Assembly (NCBI GenBank): GCA_007132995.1
Contig: SLNP01000014.1
Location: 3,049 to 67,048, forward strand
From: Bacteroidales bacterium
Lineage (GTDB): Bacteria > Bacteroidota > Bacteroidia > Bacteroidales > VadinHA17
Direction: 5' to 3'
Length of the DNA stretch: 64,000 nt
Positions 17,730-27,411 of this stretch are shown here, piece after piece. The position numbers and the translations under genes are program-made. The notes beneath the pieces were generated by a model. That model had not been told where the DNA came from, did no database searches, and saw only the letters and a program-made list of their open reading frames with translations. The first letter of the stretch is position 1, and every line of letters starts with the position of its first letter.

Positions 17730-18281
17730 TCAGGTGTTCAACAGGTATTCATTCAGCCCTCTTCTGGAGCGTCTCGCCTTGTCACGCCCTGAATACTCTG
17801 CAGCCAGTTTTTCGTTCTTCCCCTGATAGCCTGCCGCGATCATAGATACCGGCACCAGATCTTCACCAATATGTAAATGTTCTCTTACGGCATCATGCGA
17901 AAAACCTCCCATAATATGCATGCTTACACCCATAGATGTGGCCTGTACCAGCATATTGGCAGTTGCCATTCCTGTATCATGAAGCGCATAATAGTTATCC
18001 CGGCCAGTATGTGAAACGAGCTTCTTTGCAAGAACCACCATAAGCACAGGGACATACTGCGCCCATACCTTGTTGGCATCGGCAAGAAAAGAGAGAAAGT
18101 CATTAAATCTCTTCTTATCATCACTGGTAGCATGGAGAAACCTCCATGGCTGCTCATTATAACTGGAGGGGGCGTATTTAGCCGCCTCCAATATAAGCAG
18201 CAGTTCCTCTCTCTCAAGTGTGCGGTCTGTAAAAGAGTATGGACTCCAGCGCTCTGTGATAACACTATTGATATCTGCCAT
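17730..18281 (-). CDS. Nitroreductase family protein
   Basis: ITERWSPYSFTDR..., ...APSSYNEQPWRF... and HDTGMATANMLVQA, typical of the NADH oxidase/FMN nitroreductase fold. Confidence 0.8.
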   Translation of the reverse strand: MADINSVITERWSPYSFTDRTLEREELLLILEAAKYAPSSYNEQPWRFLHATSDDKKRFNDFLSFLADANKVWAQYVPVLMVVLAKKLVSHTGRDNYYALHDTGMATANMLVQATSMGVSMHIMGGFSHDAVREHLHIGEDLVPVSMIAAGYQGKNEKLAAEYSGRDKARRSRRGLNEYLLNT

Positions 18282-18315
18282 AACATTAACTTTTATAATG
18301 AATATTCATCCCGCT

Positions 18316-19272
18316 CTAAGGGAAAACCAGACCGATAAGATATAGAATAAGCGGCAAAGTTCCCAGTGAGAGCAGTGTGCTGACAAAAACATTTGCGGTA
18401 GCAAGCTGGTCATCAGCGCCATATATCCTTGCCAATATCACAATGTTTGCCATGCATGGCATAGAGGACTGAAGTATTAAAACCGCTATAACCATCCGGT
18501 CAACATCCAGACCGGCAACATTTACAACCAGGTAGAAGATAAACAGAAGGATAAAGGGCACTACTATCAGCCTCTGGAGAGAGAGGAAATAGACAACAGG
18601 CTTGCCTATCATACCCCTGATACTGCTATGATACATCATTGACCCCATATAGAGCATAGAGAGATATATATTTGTCCCACCCAGACCACTCATCGGTTCC
18701 ATGATAACTGCAGGCAGCTCTATTCCTGTAACAAAAAGCAACAGCCCTGCAATAATAGCATATGTATTGATATTAAACACCTTAAGCAGACTCGATCTTA
18801 AAGAGCTTCCGTTGCCACTACCAAGCAGCACAACCCCGACACTCCATAAAAGCATATTGGATACCAGCTGAAGCATACCGGCATAGAGCAAACCCTCCTC
18901 ACCGTACAGTGCATAAATAACAGGAAACCCGAGAAAGACAATATTACCAAAAAGTGCATGTGTCATGAAAACGGCAGCCTCTCGCCTTTTAAGGCGCAGA
19001 AGTGCAGCCCCCGCCCAACCGGCAAGAAGCATCAAAGACATCACGGCAAGGGTCAGAAGTACCATGGCCATACTATTGTACAGCACGGCCGGAGTAACAT
19101 CCATACCGGAAAAGGTCGTAAGCAGCAACAGCGGTAGTGTAATATTAAATACTATCTTCGCAAGCACATCTCTGGCGGCTTCACCAAGTATTCCTGAAGC
19201 CGAACCCACCACACCGGCCAGCACCAGTATACCAAGAAAAAGTACCTCAGACAGTATTATGTTTGTCTCCAT
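18316..19272 (-). CDS. AEC (auxin efflux carrier) family transporter
   Basis: 318 aa with about 10 TM helices in a two-halves arrangement. Matches the membrane transport protein family pattern. Confidence 0.75.
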   Translation of the reverse strand: METNIILSEVLFLGILVLAGVVGSASGILGEAARDVLAKIVFNITLPLLLLTTFSGMDVTPAVLYNSMAMVLLTLAVMSLMLLAGWAGAALLRLKRREAAVFMTHALFGNIVFLGFPVIYALYGEEGLLYAGMLQLVSNMLLWSVGVVLLGSGNGSSLRSSLLKVFNINTYAIIAGLLLFVTGIELPAVIMEPMSGLGGTNIYLSMLYMGSMMYHSSIRGMIGKPVVYFLSLQRLIVVPFILLFIFYLVVNVAGLDVDRMVIAVLILQSSMPCMANIVILARIYGADDQLATANVFVSTLLSLGTLPLILYLIGLVFP

Positions 19273-19335
19273 ACGATCTCAATAATATGGCACGAGATAT
19301 GCTGGCAAAAGTAATAATTTATATTTTCGCAGAAC

Positions 19336-20085
19336 ATGAACAGACATGAAGGTATGGTGGCAGGCATTCTGGGAACGGTGATAATTCACCTTGCTGCTGC
19401 TATCGTATTTGTTTCACTGAGGCTGCACACCCTGAGGGGAGAGAGGGCTAACGACTTCCCTGTTATTATCGAAGAGTTTGAACTCTACGCACATATTGAA
19501 AATGATATTGTTGAGGCTTTAATAGATGATGACCCGAATATATCCGACACCGAGGCCCAAATAAGCAATATTGTAAGAAATCTGGCAAACACAGAAGATG
19601 ATCCGGTAATAGACCCGGCCGAATATCAGGACAGAATAAAGGAGCAGATGATAGAGTCGGGCCTGCTCGATGAAGAGAACTTTATTGACCAGTGGCGCAG
19701 GCTGGAAGAGATGGCCGAAGCCGATGCTGTAATAGAAGAGCAGGTGGAAGAGGAGAAAAGAGAGGCAGAAACCAGCGAAGAGCCACCTGTAAACTACCAG
19801 GGTCCCACAAGGGTGTATTACCATCTTGAGAACAGGAGCCATATCTCTCTTCCCATCCCAGTCTATAAATGCGAAGGTGGAGGAAAGGTGACAACAACTA
19901 TAGAGGTTTCAAGGTCGGGAATGGTAAGTTCTGTAAAGATAGACACTGAAAATACGACCACCACCGATGCATGCCTTCTTGAAACCGCCCTGAGGTATTC
20001 AAGGGTTGCCAGATTCAATATCGATCTGCAGGCCAACCCAAGGCAGCAGGGAACCATAACCTACCATTTTGTAGCCCAGCAGTAG
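19336..20085 (+). CDS. Membrane-anchored protein with acidic linker and TonB-C-like C-terminal domain
   Basis: Single N-terminal TM (MVAGILGTVIIHLAAAIVFVSL) and a highly acidic middle region (EEQVEEEKREAETSEE). The C-terminal ~90 aa looks beta-alpha-beta-beta-like (PIPVYKCEGGGKVTTTIEVSRSGMVSSVKID...GTITYHF). Confidence 0.4.
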   Translation: MNRHEGMVAGILGTVIIHLAAAIVFVSLRLHTLRGERANDFPVIIEEFELYAHIENDIVEALIDDDPNISDTEAQISNIVRNLANTEDDPVIDPAEYQDRIKEQMIESGLLDEENFIDQWRRLEEMAEADAVIEEQVEEEKREAETSEEPPVNYQGPTRVYYHLENRSHISLPIPVYKCEGGGKVTTTIEVSRSGMVSSVKIDTENTTTTDACLLETALRYSRVARFNIDLQANPRQQGTITYHFVAQQ

Positions 20086-20109
20086 GATATCATCTCTTTT
20101 CAACCATGC

Positions 20110-21465
20110 TTATGGGAGCAACTCCGGCTCCCCCTCCCCGCTCATTATCTGATGGCCATCGTAGCCGGGAACGGGCTCATCTGATGGAATGGGAACAGGA
20201 AGAGAATGGCTGAAAAGGTCATTTTCAGGCCACCCCCTTACCCTGTAAAGAGCCCTTGTCATAGTACTGTTAATGACAGTTGATAATTCAGGACCATTCC
20301 ATGCGTTTGTATTTAGCAGCACTACCCAACTGAGATCACCGGGAGTGCGCTTCATCATCGCCAGAGTACCGGGGAAAGAGCCGGTGCGCCACCAGTTACC
20401 ATTTGAAGAGACAAACCCCCATCCCAGAATGCCATATCGGTCATTTCTGTCAGTCATCATCCTTATGGTCTCATCAGATAGAAGCTGGCTCTTGTATCCG
20501 TGACCATCAACTGAAAGTAAAAACCTCAGCATATCGGGAGCAGTAGCTATCCAGCCCCCAGCAGAGCCAAGTGACTCAATATCATTGCCTCCGTAGCGTG
20601 CAGGAACCATCTCGCCGGTACCATAAATTGAGAGCTTTGGTATGGCGTCTGCCTGTTCATAATATACAACTTCGTATGGTTGACGACCCTCCTTAAGGTT
20701 AAAACCGAGCGAAGAGTCATAAATACCCAGTGGGAGGAATATCTCGTTACGACAATACTCGTCGTATGTCATGCCTGTCACGGCCTCAATAACCATTCCG
20801 AGTATAACATACCCAAGATTTGAGTATGACGAACCTGATCCGGGGGTAAAATGGAGGTTGCGGTCGAGTGCATACCTAACATAGTGCTTCGCCTCAAGAG
20901 GCATATTAAATGGGCCTCGCCTCGATATAACAGGGGTAATGAACATATGATCTCCATATCTGAGACTCCATCCTCCCCTGTGGGCAAGCAGGTGTCCTAC
21001 CGAAATATCATAAACCCGTCTGTCACGGGGATTATCAAAATAGCTATCGGTAATAATACCTCCGGGGCCGAAAACCCGGTCATCCAAATTAATAAGACCC
21101 TCTTCAACCAGCTTCATAACCGCAACTGCGGTTATCAGCTTTGACACACTGGCAACCCTGAAACGATGATAGGGTTCAACTACAACCTTGCGAGTGGTAT
21201 CGGCATAACCAAACCCCCTGGCATATACCAGCCTCCCCTCTCTTGCAATAGCGACTGAGGCTCCGTTAATATGCCATCTGCGCATAAAGGCCTCTATCTC
21301 TCGCTCTACAGGAAAAAATGCGGAATTACCGGCTGATATCTGGTTGGTGAGACGCACAGAAGAGAGCGTACTGAAATCAGCGCCGGCACCGACACGATGA
21401 GTTACTACACCGATGGGGGTGAAAAACAACAACATGACAGTAAGTACTATAGCCCTGCTCTTCAT
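20110..21465 (-). CDS. Serine hydrolase (beta-lactamase/PBP4-like family)
   Basis: SxxK motif in FRVASVSKLITAVAVM, plus YSNLGY. Signal peptide begins at MKSRAIVLTV (ATG 21465). Confidence 0.8.
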   Translation of the reverse strand: MKSRAIVLTVMLLFFTPIGVVTHRVGAGADFSTLSSVRLTNQISAGNSAFFPVEREIEAFMRRWHINGASVAIAREGRLVYARGFGYADTTRKVVVEPYHRFRVASVSKLITAVAVMKLVEEGLINLDDRVFGPGGIITDSYFDNPRDRRVYDISVGHLLAHRGGWSLRYGDHMFITPVISRRGPFNMPLEAKHYVRYALDRNLHFTPGSGSSYSNLGYVILGMVIEAVTGMTYDEYCRNEIFLPLGIYDSSLGFNLKEGRQPYEVVYYEQADAIPKLSIYGTGEMVPARYGGNDIESLGSAGGWIATAPDMLRFLLSVDGHGYKSQLLSDETIRMMTDRNDRYGILGWGFVSSNGNWWRTGSFPGTLAMMKRTPGDLSWVVLLNTNAWNGPELSTVINSTMTRALYRVRGWPENDLFSHSLPVPIPSDEPVPGYDGHQIMSGEGEPELLP

Positions 21466-21674
21466 AAACCGGCAAAAGAATAAAAACTTTGCCAAAAGTA
21501 TGGGATAATCACCATTCACACAAAAAAAAACACCATTAACAGATCAGCGCTTCTAATATGCTTCCAGCTAAGGGGCACCACATTTAGGGATATATTATAA
21601 TTGAACATCTCCTGTTTGACAATAGAAAAATATAGCTTAGTTTAGTGATTCGAATATCCCCAGAGGTAAGTCCA

Positions 21675-23126
21675 ATGAGAAAAGACCTATACACCATATC
21701 ATCAGGCAAATGGCCCCTGGTATATAACAGGTCAAACTATCGCCTCATAATACTCATCCTTATACCGGTGCTTCATCTTATCAATCCAGAGAGGGCCCAT
21801 ACACAGCAGAGAGTGGCAGCTCACATACAGGAAGCTCTTTTCTATGCTGCTATCGAAGGTGATACTGCAAGAATAAACTCTTTGGCTGATGCCCGAATAG
21901 ACCTTGACATTCAGATCGAAAACGGACTTACCCCACTGATTTTTGCTATTGTATACGAACAGAAAGAGGCGGCAGAATTGCTCATCAGAAGGGGCGCAGA
22001 CCCCAACCTCTCTTCAGCAACCGGAGAATCGCCCCTGATGACGGCAATAAAAATTGGCAATATGACAATAGCAGAGATGGTTATCCGAAATGGTGGAGAC
22101 ATAAACCAGAGAGACATTAATGGGGCTACGGCGCTTCACTATTCAGCGCTTTACGGCTATTTCTATGAATCGGATATGCTACTCTACTACGATGCTAATC
22201 CTGAAATAGCGGCCAACGATGGCACTACTCCCCTTATGTGCGCAGTAATATCAGCCAGCTATGATATTGCCGACATACTGATCCGTAGTGGAGCAGATGT
22301 AAACAGTGTTGACAATATCGGCTACACTCCACTACTGATTGCCGCACAAAACGGTGACACTCTTACAATGGATCTGCTTCTTTTGAGTGGCGCCGACCTC
22401 TACGCCGTGGGAGACGACAGTTACAATGCTGCCGGCATTGCTGTAAGGGGGAATTTCCCTGAAGCGCTTGACTACCTCCTGCGCCAGGGCAGGCTATGGG
22501 ATATTGCCAATGAAGAGGCGCATGGTCTCTGGCATGTAGCAGGCAGCTATCAGAGAAGGAATATGATATCTATTATACAGGAGTACAATATAAAGAGAGG
22601 GACTTTGCCACTTTTCAGCCAACTGGCTGTCTCAACATCTCTTCTTGCATCAAAACACCAGTCTTTTGCCGGAATTGGAATTAATGTCAAGCAGCCGCTG
22701 TACGGTACCGGGCTGGTTATCGGGATCGACACAAATCCATGGAGGTCCCGAATTTTGATAGAGGAAGATGAGTGGATAACACAATATGAAGACACCCGGT
22801 CACTGGCATACCTCGGGTTCTCATGGGATTTACCTTTGGGCAGCTCAGGAAGAAGAACCTTCTGGTCTCTCAACACCACACTAAAGGCTGCATATATGTT
22901 TGGAAATACCTTTCCGGGCTCTGACATAAGACCTGAACACAAAATAAAGATTATACCATCTGCAGGCATAAAGGCAGATATCGGTAATATACAGACAACT
23001 GTATCGGCCGAATACATTAATACGGAAATTTACAAAGGCCGACCTCTGTTTGGAAGGGTGACTGTCGGATACAACATCCATTTCAACGATATACGCTCAG
23101 ACGGGAAAGAGATTCGGTGGAGATAG
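21675..23126 (+). CDS. Ankyrin-repeat protein with beta-barrel-like C-terminal domain
   Basis: Five to six ANK repeats (GLTPLIFAI...GADPN, GESPLMTAI...GGDIN, GATALHYSA..., GTTPLMCAV...GADVN, GYTPLLIAA...GADLY). The C-terminal ~180 aa has an alternating beta-strand pattern. Confidence 0.75.
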   Translation: MRKDLYTISSGKWPLVYNRSNYRLIILILIPVLHLINPERAHTQQRVAAHIQEALFYAAIEGDTARINSLADARIDLDIQIENGLTPLIFAIVYEQKEAAELLIRRGADPNLSSATGESPLMTAIKIGNMTIAEMVIRNGGDINQRDINGATALHYSALYGYFYESDMLLYYDANPEIAANDGTTPLMCAVISASYDIADILIRSGADVNSVDNIGYTPLLIAAQNGDTLTMDLLLLSGADLYAVGDDSYNAAGIAVRGNFPEALDYLLRQGRLWDIANEEAHGLWHVAGSYQRRNMISIIQEYNIKRGTLPLFSQLAVSTSLLASKHQSFAGIGINVKQPLYGTGLVIGIDTNPWRSRILIEEDEWITQYEDTRSLAYLGFSWDLPLGSSGRRTFWSLNTTLKAAYMFGNTFPGSDIRPEHKIKIIPSAGIKADIGNIQTTVSAEYINTEIYKGRPLFGRVTVGYNIHFNDIRSDGKEIRWR

Positions 23127-23137
23127 AAAACAAGGCT

Positions 23138-23566
23138 ATGAAGATAAAAACCTTAGCTGTTATAGTGCTGATGACCCTGCCGGCAACCTCATGTGAAGAC
23201 AATTTTCTCCTGTTTGTCGACTGCAGCGAGTGCTTTGCTACAGACCCCTCTGAAACGGTTGTAACCATTAAGCTTCAATACAGCCCGAGGCCGGGAAGCT
23301 CCAATTCATACCTCAACATTTATTCAGGCCCCGACACCGATGCTCCGCTAATCAGATCATTTCAACCCCAATGGGGAAGAGACATAACCGTTACGCTTGC
23401 CGTTAACAGAACCTACACCTTTGAGATGCTATACAATAGTGAAGATAAAAGCTACAGATCTGTTACAGCCAGAAGGTTGACAGTAAAAAAGACAGAGAAT
23501 CTCTGTGACGACCCCTGCTACTATGTACCAAACCGCACAATAGATCTCAGACTGAAATACCAGTAG
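23138..23566 (+). CDS. Lipoprotein of unknown function
   Basis: Lipobox LPATSC after MKIKTLAVIVLMT. Starts 12 nt after the ankyrin gene stop. Has several Cys pairs (CSEC, CDDPC). Confidence 0.55.
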   Translation: MKIKTLAVIVLMTLPATSCEDNFLLFVDCSECFATDPSETVVTIKLQYSPRPGSSNSYLNIYSGPDTDAPLIRSFQPQWGRDITVTLAVNRTYTFEMLYNSEDKSYRSVTARRLTVKKTENLCDDPCYYVPNRTIDLRLKYQ

Positions 23567-23623
23567 TGCCTTAAGTCATAAGCACCGCACTGGCCTCTCA
23601 CTAAAAGGGGGCTGAGAAAAACA

Positions 23624-24394
23624 TCAGAACTTCTCTTTCTGAAGAATTGTCCTCAACTCGTTACTATTAAGATCTTCATGCATTTCACCAGAGTCTGCTA
23701 CCGAGATCTTTCCACTCTCCTCAGAGACCACAACCACAACCGAATCGGTCTGCTCGGTGATCCCGACTGCAGCCCTGTGACGCATACCGAAACGCTTTGG
23801 AATAAGTGGTGATTCGCTTACCGGAAGAGGACACCTGGCCGCCATTATTCTCCTGTTTTGAATTATAAGTGCGCCGTCATGAAGGGGAGCGCCGTCATAA
23901 AAGAGAGATTCAATTATAGGAGCGTTAATCTCACTGTCTATCATAACACCGCTTGCGGTATAGAGGTCAAGATTACTTTTTCGCCCTATAACAATCAGAG
24001 CTCCTGTTTTCGATTCCGACATGGAGCTCACGGCCCTCACTATCTCTTCTGCCTGTGCACGGGAGCGTAGATCAACTCCTCCTTCCGGGAAGAGGCTTGA
24101 GAAGGTAAACCTCTGATTACGGATATATCTGTTTCCCACAAAGAGAAGGAATCGCCTGATCTCCTGCTGAAAAACTATTATAAGTGCAATAACCCCGACA
24201 CCTATTACCTGACCAAGAATAGTACCTATAAGCTCCATGTTAAGAGCCTTCACTATTAACCAGAAGAGATAGACAAGGAATATACCTATGAATATACTGA
24301 ATGCCGCGGTACCCCTGATCAGTTTATATAACTGATACAGTATTATGGCTACAAGCACTATATCTATCAGGTCAAGAATTTTTAACTGCAACAT
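23624..24394 (-). CDS. cdaA: Diadenylate cyclase CdaA
   Basis: Three N-terminal TM helices and a DAC domain with PLHDGALII and GMRHRAAVGITEQTDSVVVVVSEESGKISV. Confidence 0.9.
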   Translation of the reverse strand: MLQLKILDLIDIVLVAIILYQLYKLIRGTAAFSIFIGIFLVYLFWLIVKALNMELIGTILGQVIGVGVIALIIVFQQEIRRFLLFVGNRYIRNQRFTFSSLFPEGGVDLRSRAQAEEIVRAVSSMSESKTGALIVIGRKSNLDLYTASGVMIDSEINAPIIESLFYDGAPLHDGALIIQNRRIMAARCPLPVSESPLIPKRFGMRHRAAVGITEQTDSVVVVVSEESGKISVADSGEMHEDLNSNELRTILQKEKF

Positions 24395-24439
24395 CTCTCC
24401 TATAAAATAATATCAGTAGTTATAAAAGTAGTAAAAGCA

Positions 24440-25288
24440 TCATACAGACCACCCAACACCCCCCATTTTATGAAACAGCCTTACCACCTCACATGCCTCT
24501 TTTACATCATGAACCCTTAATATACCGGCACCTTTAATAAGTGCGGCCATATTAAGAGCTGATGTTCCATTAAGAGCCTCTTCGGGCGAAAGAGAGAGGC
24601 TTTTCCATATCATAGACTTACGCGAAAGGCCTGCCATTACAGGTAGCCCGAATCGGCAAAACTCCTGCAATCTCCTGAGCAACTCAAAGCTCTGATGAGG
24701 CGATTTGCTGAAACCAAACCCGGGGTCAATAATAATATCACTCACACCAACTCCTCTTAATTCATCAATTCGCTTGCCAAACCAATCAAGCAGTGATTCG
24801 GTAACATCATCATACATCTTGTCTCCGTGAATATTAAAGGGGTTTCCCCGGTTATGCATCAGCACAAAAGGAACACTCAATCTGCCGGCCAGTCGCCCCA
24901 TTTCAGTGTCGTAGGTTCCCCCGGAAATATCATTTATCATATCTGCTCCACAGTCGAGAACAGCCCGACCTGCAACAGCAGATCTGAAAGTATCAACAGA
25001 TATTATTGCATCCGGGAACTCTCTTCTAAGCAATTTAAGTATAGGAATAACCCTCTCCATCTCAACACCTTCAGTTACAAAACAGGAACCGGGTCGTGTT
25101 GAGTAACCACCAACATCTATAATTGCTGCTCCGGCATCAATCATAGAGCCGGCGGCCTTAACTGCAGCATCTTCAGTTAAGAAGCGCGATCTGCCATAGA
25201 AGGAGTCGGGAGTTAAGTTTATCACCCCCATCACCAGAGGCAAACTGAGCTTAACAGAGCGGTTGGCAAAGAATAAACTATCACTCAT
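24440..25288 (-). CDS. folP: Dihydropteroate synthase
   Basis: Motifs MGVINLTPDSF, IIDVGGYSTRPG and DPGFGFSK. Confidence 0.9.
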   Translation of the reverse strand: MSDSLFFANRSVKLSLPLVMGVINLTPDSFYGRSRFLTEDAAVKAAGSMIDAGAAIIDVGGYSTRPGSCFVTEGVEMERVIPILKLLRREFPDAIISVDTFRSAVAGRAVLDCGADMINDISGGTYDTEMGRLAGRLSVPFVLMHNRGNPFNIHGDKMYDDVTESLLDWFGKRIDELRGVGVSDIIIDPGFGFSKSPHQSFELLRRLQEFCRFGLPVMAGLSRKSMIWKSLSLSPEEALNGTSALNMAALIKGAGILRVHDVKEACEVVRLFHKMGGVGWSV

Positions 25289-25313
25289 TACTTTAGTAAT
25301 AACATAGTTATCG

Positions 25314-25321
25314 CAAAAGTA
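25314..25321 (-). promoter_or_regulatory. Putative Bacteroidota -7 box (TACTTTTG) for folP-cdaA
   Basis: Plus strand caaaagta is TACTTTTG on the minus strand and matches TAnnTTTG. Lies 26 nt upstream of the folP ATG. Confidence 0.4.
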
Positions 25322-25377
25322 GCGTATTATTGCTTAAGCTGCCAATTTAATCTATTTTTAGTGATGAAGGAATTAAT

Positions 25378-25385
25378 TAAATTTG
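25378..25385 (+). promoter_or_regulatory. Putative Bacteroidota -7 box (TAAATTTG) for tmk
   Basis: taaatttg matches TAnnTTTG and lies 52 nt upstream of the tmk ATG. Confidence 0.35.
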
Positions 25386-25436
25386 CCAATAACAAGAGAG
25401 CGAAATAACAAAACAGATCACAAGTACCTTTACTGA

Positions 25437-26126
25437 ATGAGACTTATTGTTATAGAGGGCATCGACGGGGCTGGCAAATCGACGCAGATAGAGCTGATAA
25501 AAGAGATGCTTGGAAAGTCGGGAATAGAGAGCGAGCATCTCCACTTTCCAAGAACAAAAACACCCTACTCTGGCGAACTGATAGCACGGTTTCTGAGAGG
25601 AGAGTTTGGGTCCGTCTCAGATGTTGACCCTTATCTGGTGGCCATGCTGTATGCTTCTGACCGCAGAGATGCGGCACCCTGGATCAGAGAGTGGCTCGAA
25701 AAGGGGAAGGTCGTGATTCTTGACAGGTACACCTACTCGAATATTGCCTATCAGTGCGCAAAAACCGAGAGTGGCGCCCCCAGAGAGAGACTGAGGGAAT
25801 GGATACTCTCACTGGAGTTTGATCATTATAAGATACCGGTTCCGGATCTCAATATCTTTCTTGATGTACCGCTGCGATTTTCAGAATCTACCCTGAGGAG
25901 TGACAGAGGGAACGACAGCGACCGCTCCTATCTTATGGGACAAACAGATATACATGAGGCTGACAATCAATTTCAGAGGAAGGTGAGAGATATTTATATA
26001 GAGACCTCTCAAAAGGATAGCCGACTTACTCTTCTTGAGTGTTCCGATGAAGATGGCAACATGCTCTCAAAGGAGATGACATTCAAAAAAGTTTCAGACC
26101 TGGTAAGGAAGGTTCTGAAAATATAG
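25437..26126 (+). CDS. tmk: dTMP (thymidylate) kinase
   Basis: P-loop IVIEGIDGAGKSTQ, followed by a DRY-type motif (LDRYTYSNIAYQ). Confidence 0.8.
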   Translation: MRLIVIEGIDGAGKSTQIELIKEMLGKSGIESEHLHFPRTKTPYSGELIARFLRGEFGSVSDVDPYLVAMLYASDRRDAAPWIREWLEKGKVVILDRYTYSNIAYQCAKTESGAPRERLREWILSLEFDHYKIPVPDLNIFLDVPLRFSESTLRSDRGNDSDRSYLMGQTDIHEADNQFQRKVRDIYIETSQKDSRLTLLECSDEDGNMLSKEMTFKKVSDLVRKVLKI

Positions 26127-26169
26127 AGGCAGAACAAAATAATACCCGACACACTTAGATAGTTGTTGT

Positions 26170-27396
26170 ATGAAGCATATAGTATTGATAAGCAGAATCG
26201 CGGGCGGCCTTCTCTTTCTCTTTTCGGGATTTGTAAAAGGCATAGATCCTATCGGATCGCAGGTTAAGTTTGGTGACTACTTTATTGCGGCAGGAGCAGA
26301 TGTGCCGGAGATCATATTGCTTATAATGGCAATGGCGCTCTGTTTCGCAGAATTCATGATAGGCCTGCTGCTTATAACAGGTTGGTTATACCGCTATGCC
26401 GTATATGGTTACGCGATATTCATGGGGCTGTTCACCCCCCTGACCCTTATCATAGCCATATTTGACCCGGTTAGTGATTGCGGCTGTTTTGGAGATGCTA
26501 TTATAATGAGCAACTGGGAGACCTTTTTCAAGAATCTGCTATTTATAATACCGGCAGTTATAATGGTTCAAGGCATCAGAAAAGAGAAGGCAGAGGGCAC
26601 CGGGTTCAAAAATATCACCGAAACCACATTGGCTTCACTCCTGTTTATACTATTTATGGTCTGGAACCTGATATACCTGCCAATCATAGATTTCAGGCCG
26701 TACAGTATTGGTGTCAATATCGAAGAGGCCATGTCGATACCTCCCGATGCCCCACAGGCGGTATACGATATCAGGCTTGTTTATGAAAGAGAGGGGCAAA
26801 AGAGAGAGTTCACGCTGGATGACTACCCCGCCGATGACACCTCCTGGGTCTTTGTTGAGCAGATAGTGAAGGTGATTGAAGAGGGATACACCCCGCCGAT
26901 AACATCATTTGAGTTTATATCGCCAAATGAGAGTAATGAGACCTACAGGGTACTACAGAGCCCGGGATATGTACTGCTTATGATAGTGCCCGATCTTGAA
27001 AAAGCAGGAAGTGGCAGAGTGGAGAGAGGCATATCTGCGGGGAAAGCCGCATCTGAAAATGGCATAGGGTTCTGGCTCGTCACCTCCACAACAGGAAGTC
27101 TGCTTGAGCAATACAGAGAGAGTACAGATGTTCTGCTGGCTGACCAAATAACCCTTAAAACAATAGTGCGTACCAACCCGGGATATCTTCTTCTCAGAGA
27201 AGGAACAATAGTGGCCAAGTGGTCATACGCATCGCTTCCGGCAGAAGAGTGGTTCAGTGGCAGCCTTACCGGGAAAAGGGTGGGCGAGCTTAACAGGTAT
27301 AGACAGGGAGTAATACTGGCTCTCTTTGTTGCCATATCTGTTATAGCAATCTTTATAGCCCGAAGACACCGAAGATGCGGACATAACTCAAAATAA
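26170..27396 (+). CDS. DoxX/MauE-like membrane protein with C-terminal soluble domain (BT_3928-like)
   Basis: Four N-terminal TM helices with DCGCFGD (MauE/DoxX signature), a ~200-aa soluble region, then a terminal TM (ILALFVAISVIAIFI). Lies 15 nt upstream of tpiA. Confidence 0.6.
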   Translation: MKHIVLISRIAGGLLFLFSGFVKGIDPIGSQVKFGDYFIAAGADVPEIILLIMAMALCFAEFMIGLLLITGWLYRYAVYGYAIFMGLFTPLTLIIAIFDPVSDCGCFGDAIIMSNWETFFKNLLFIIPAVIMVQGIRKEKAEGTGFKNITETTLASLLFILFMVWNLIYLPIIDFRPYSIGVNIEEAMSIPPDAPQAVYDIRLVYEREGQKREFTLDDYPADDTSWVFVEQIVKVIEEGYTPPITSFEFISPNESNETYRVLQSPGYVLLMIVPDLEKAGSGRVERGISAGKAASENGIGFWLVTSTTGSLLEQYRESTDVLLADQITLKTIVRTNPGYLLLREGTIVAKWSYASLPAEEWFSGSLTGKRVGELNRYRQGVILALFVAISVIAIFIARRHRRCGHNSK

Positions 27397-27411
27397 ACAG
27401 ATAGTAGCCAT

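Noticed and set aside
17924-18286. 120-aa alternative-frame minus-strand ORF overlapping the nitroreductase gene
   Set aside because: It is on the same strand in a different frame. The nitroreductase frame carries the family motifs, and the alternative product is Cys/Trp-rich nonsense.
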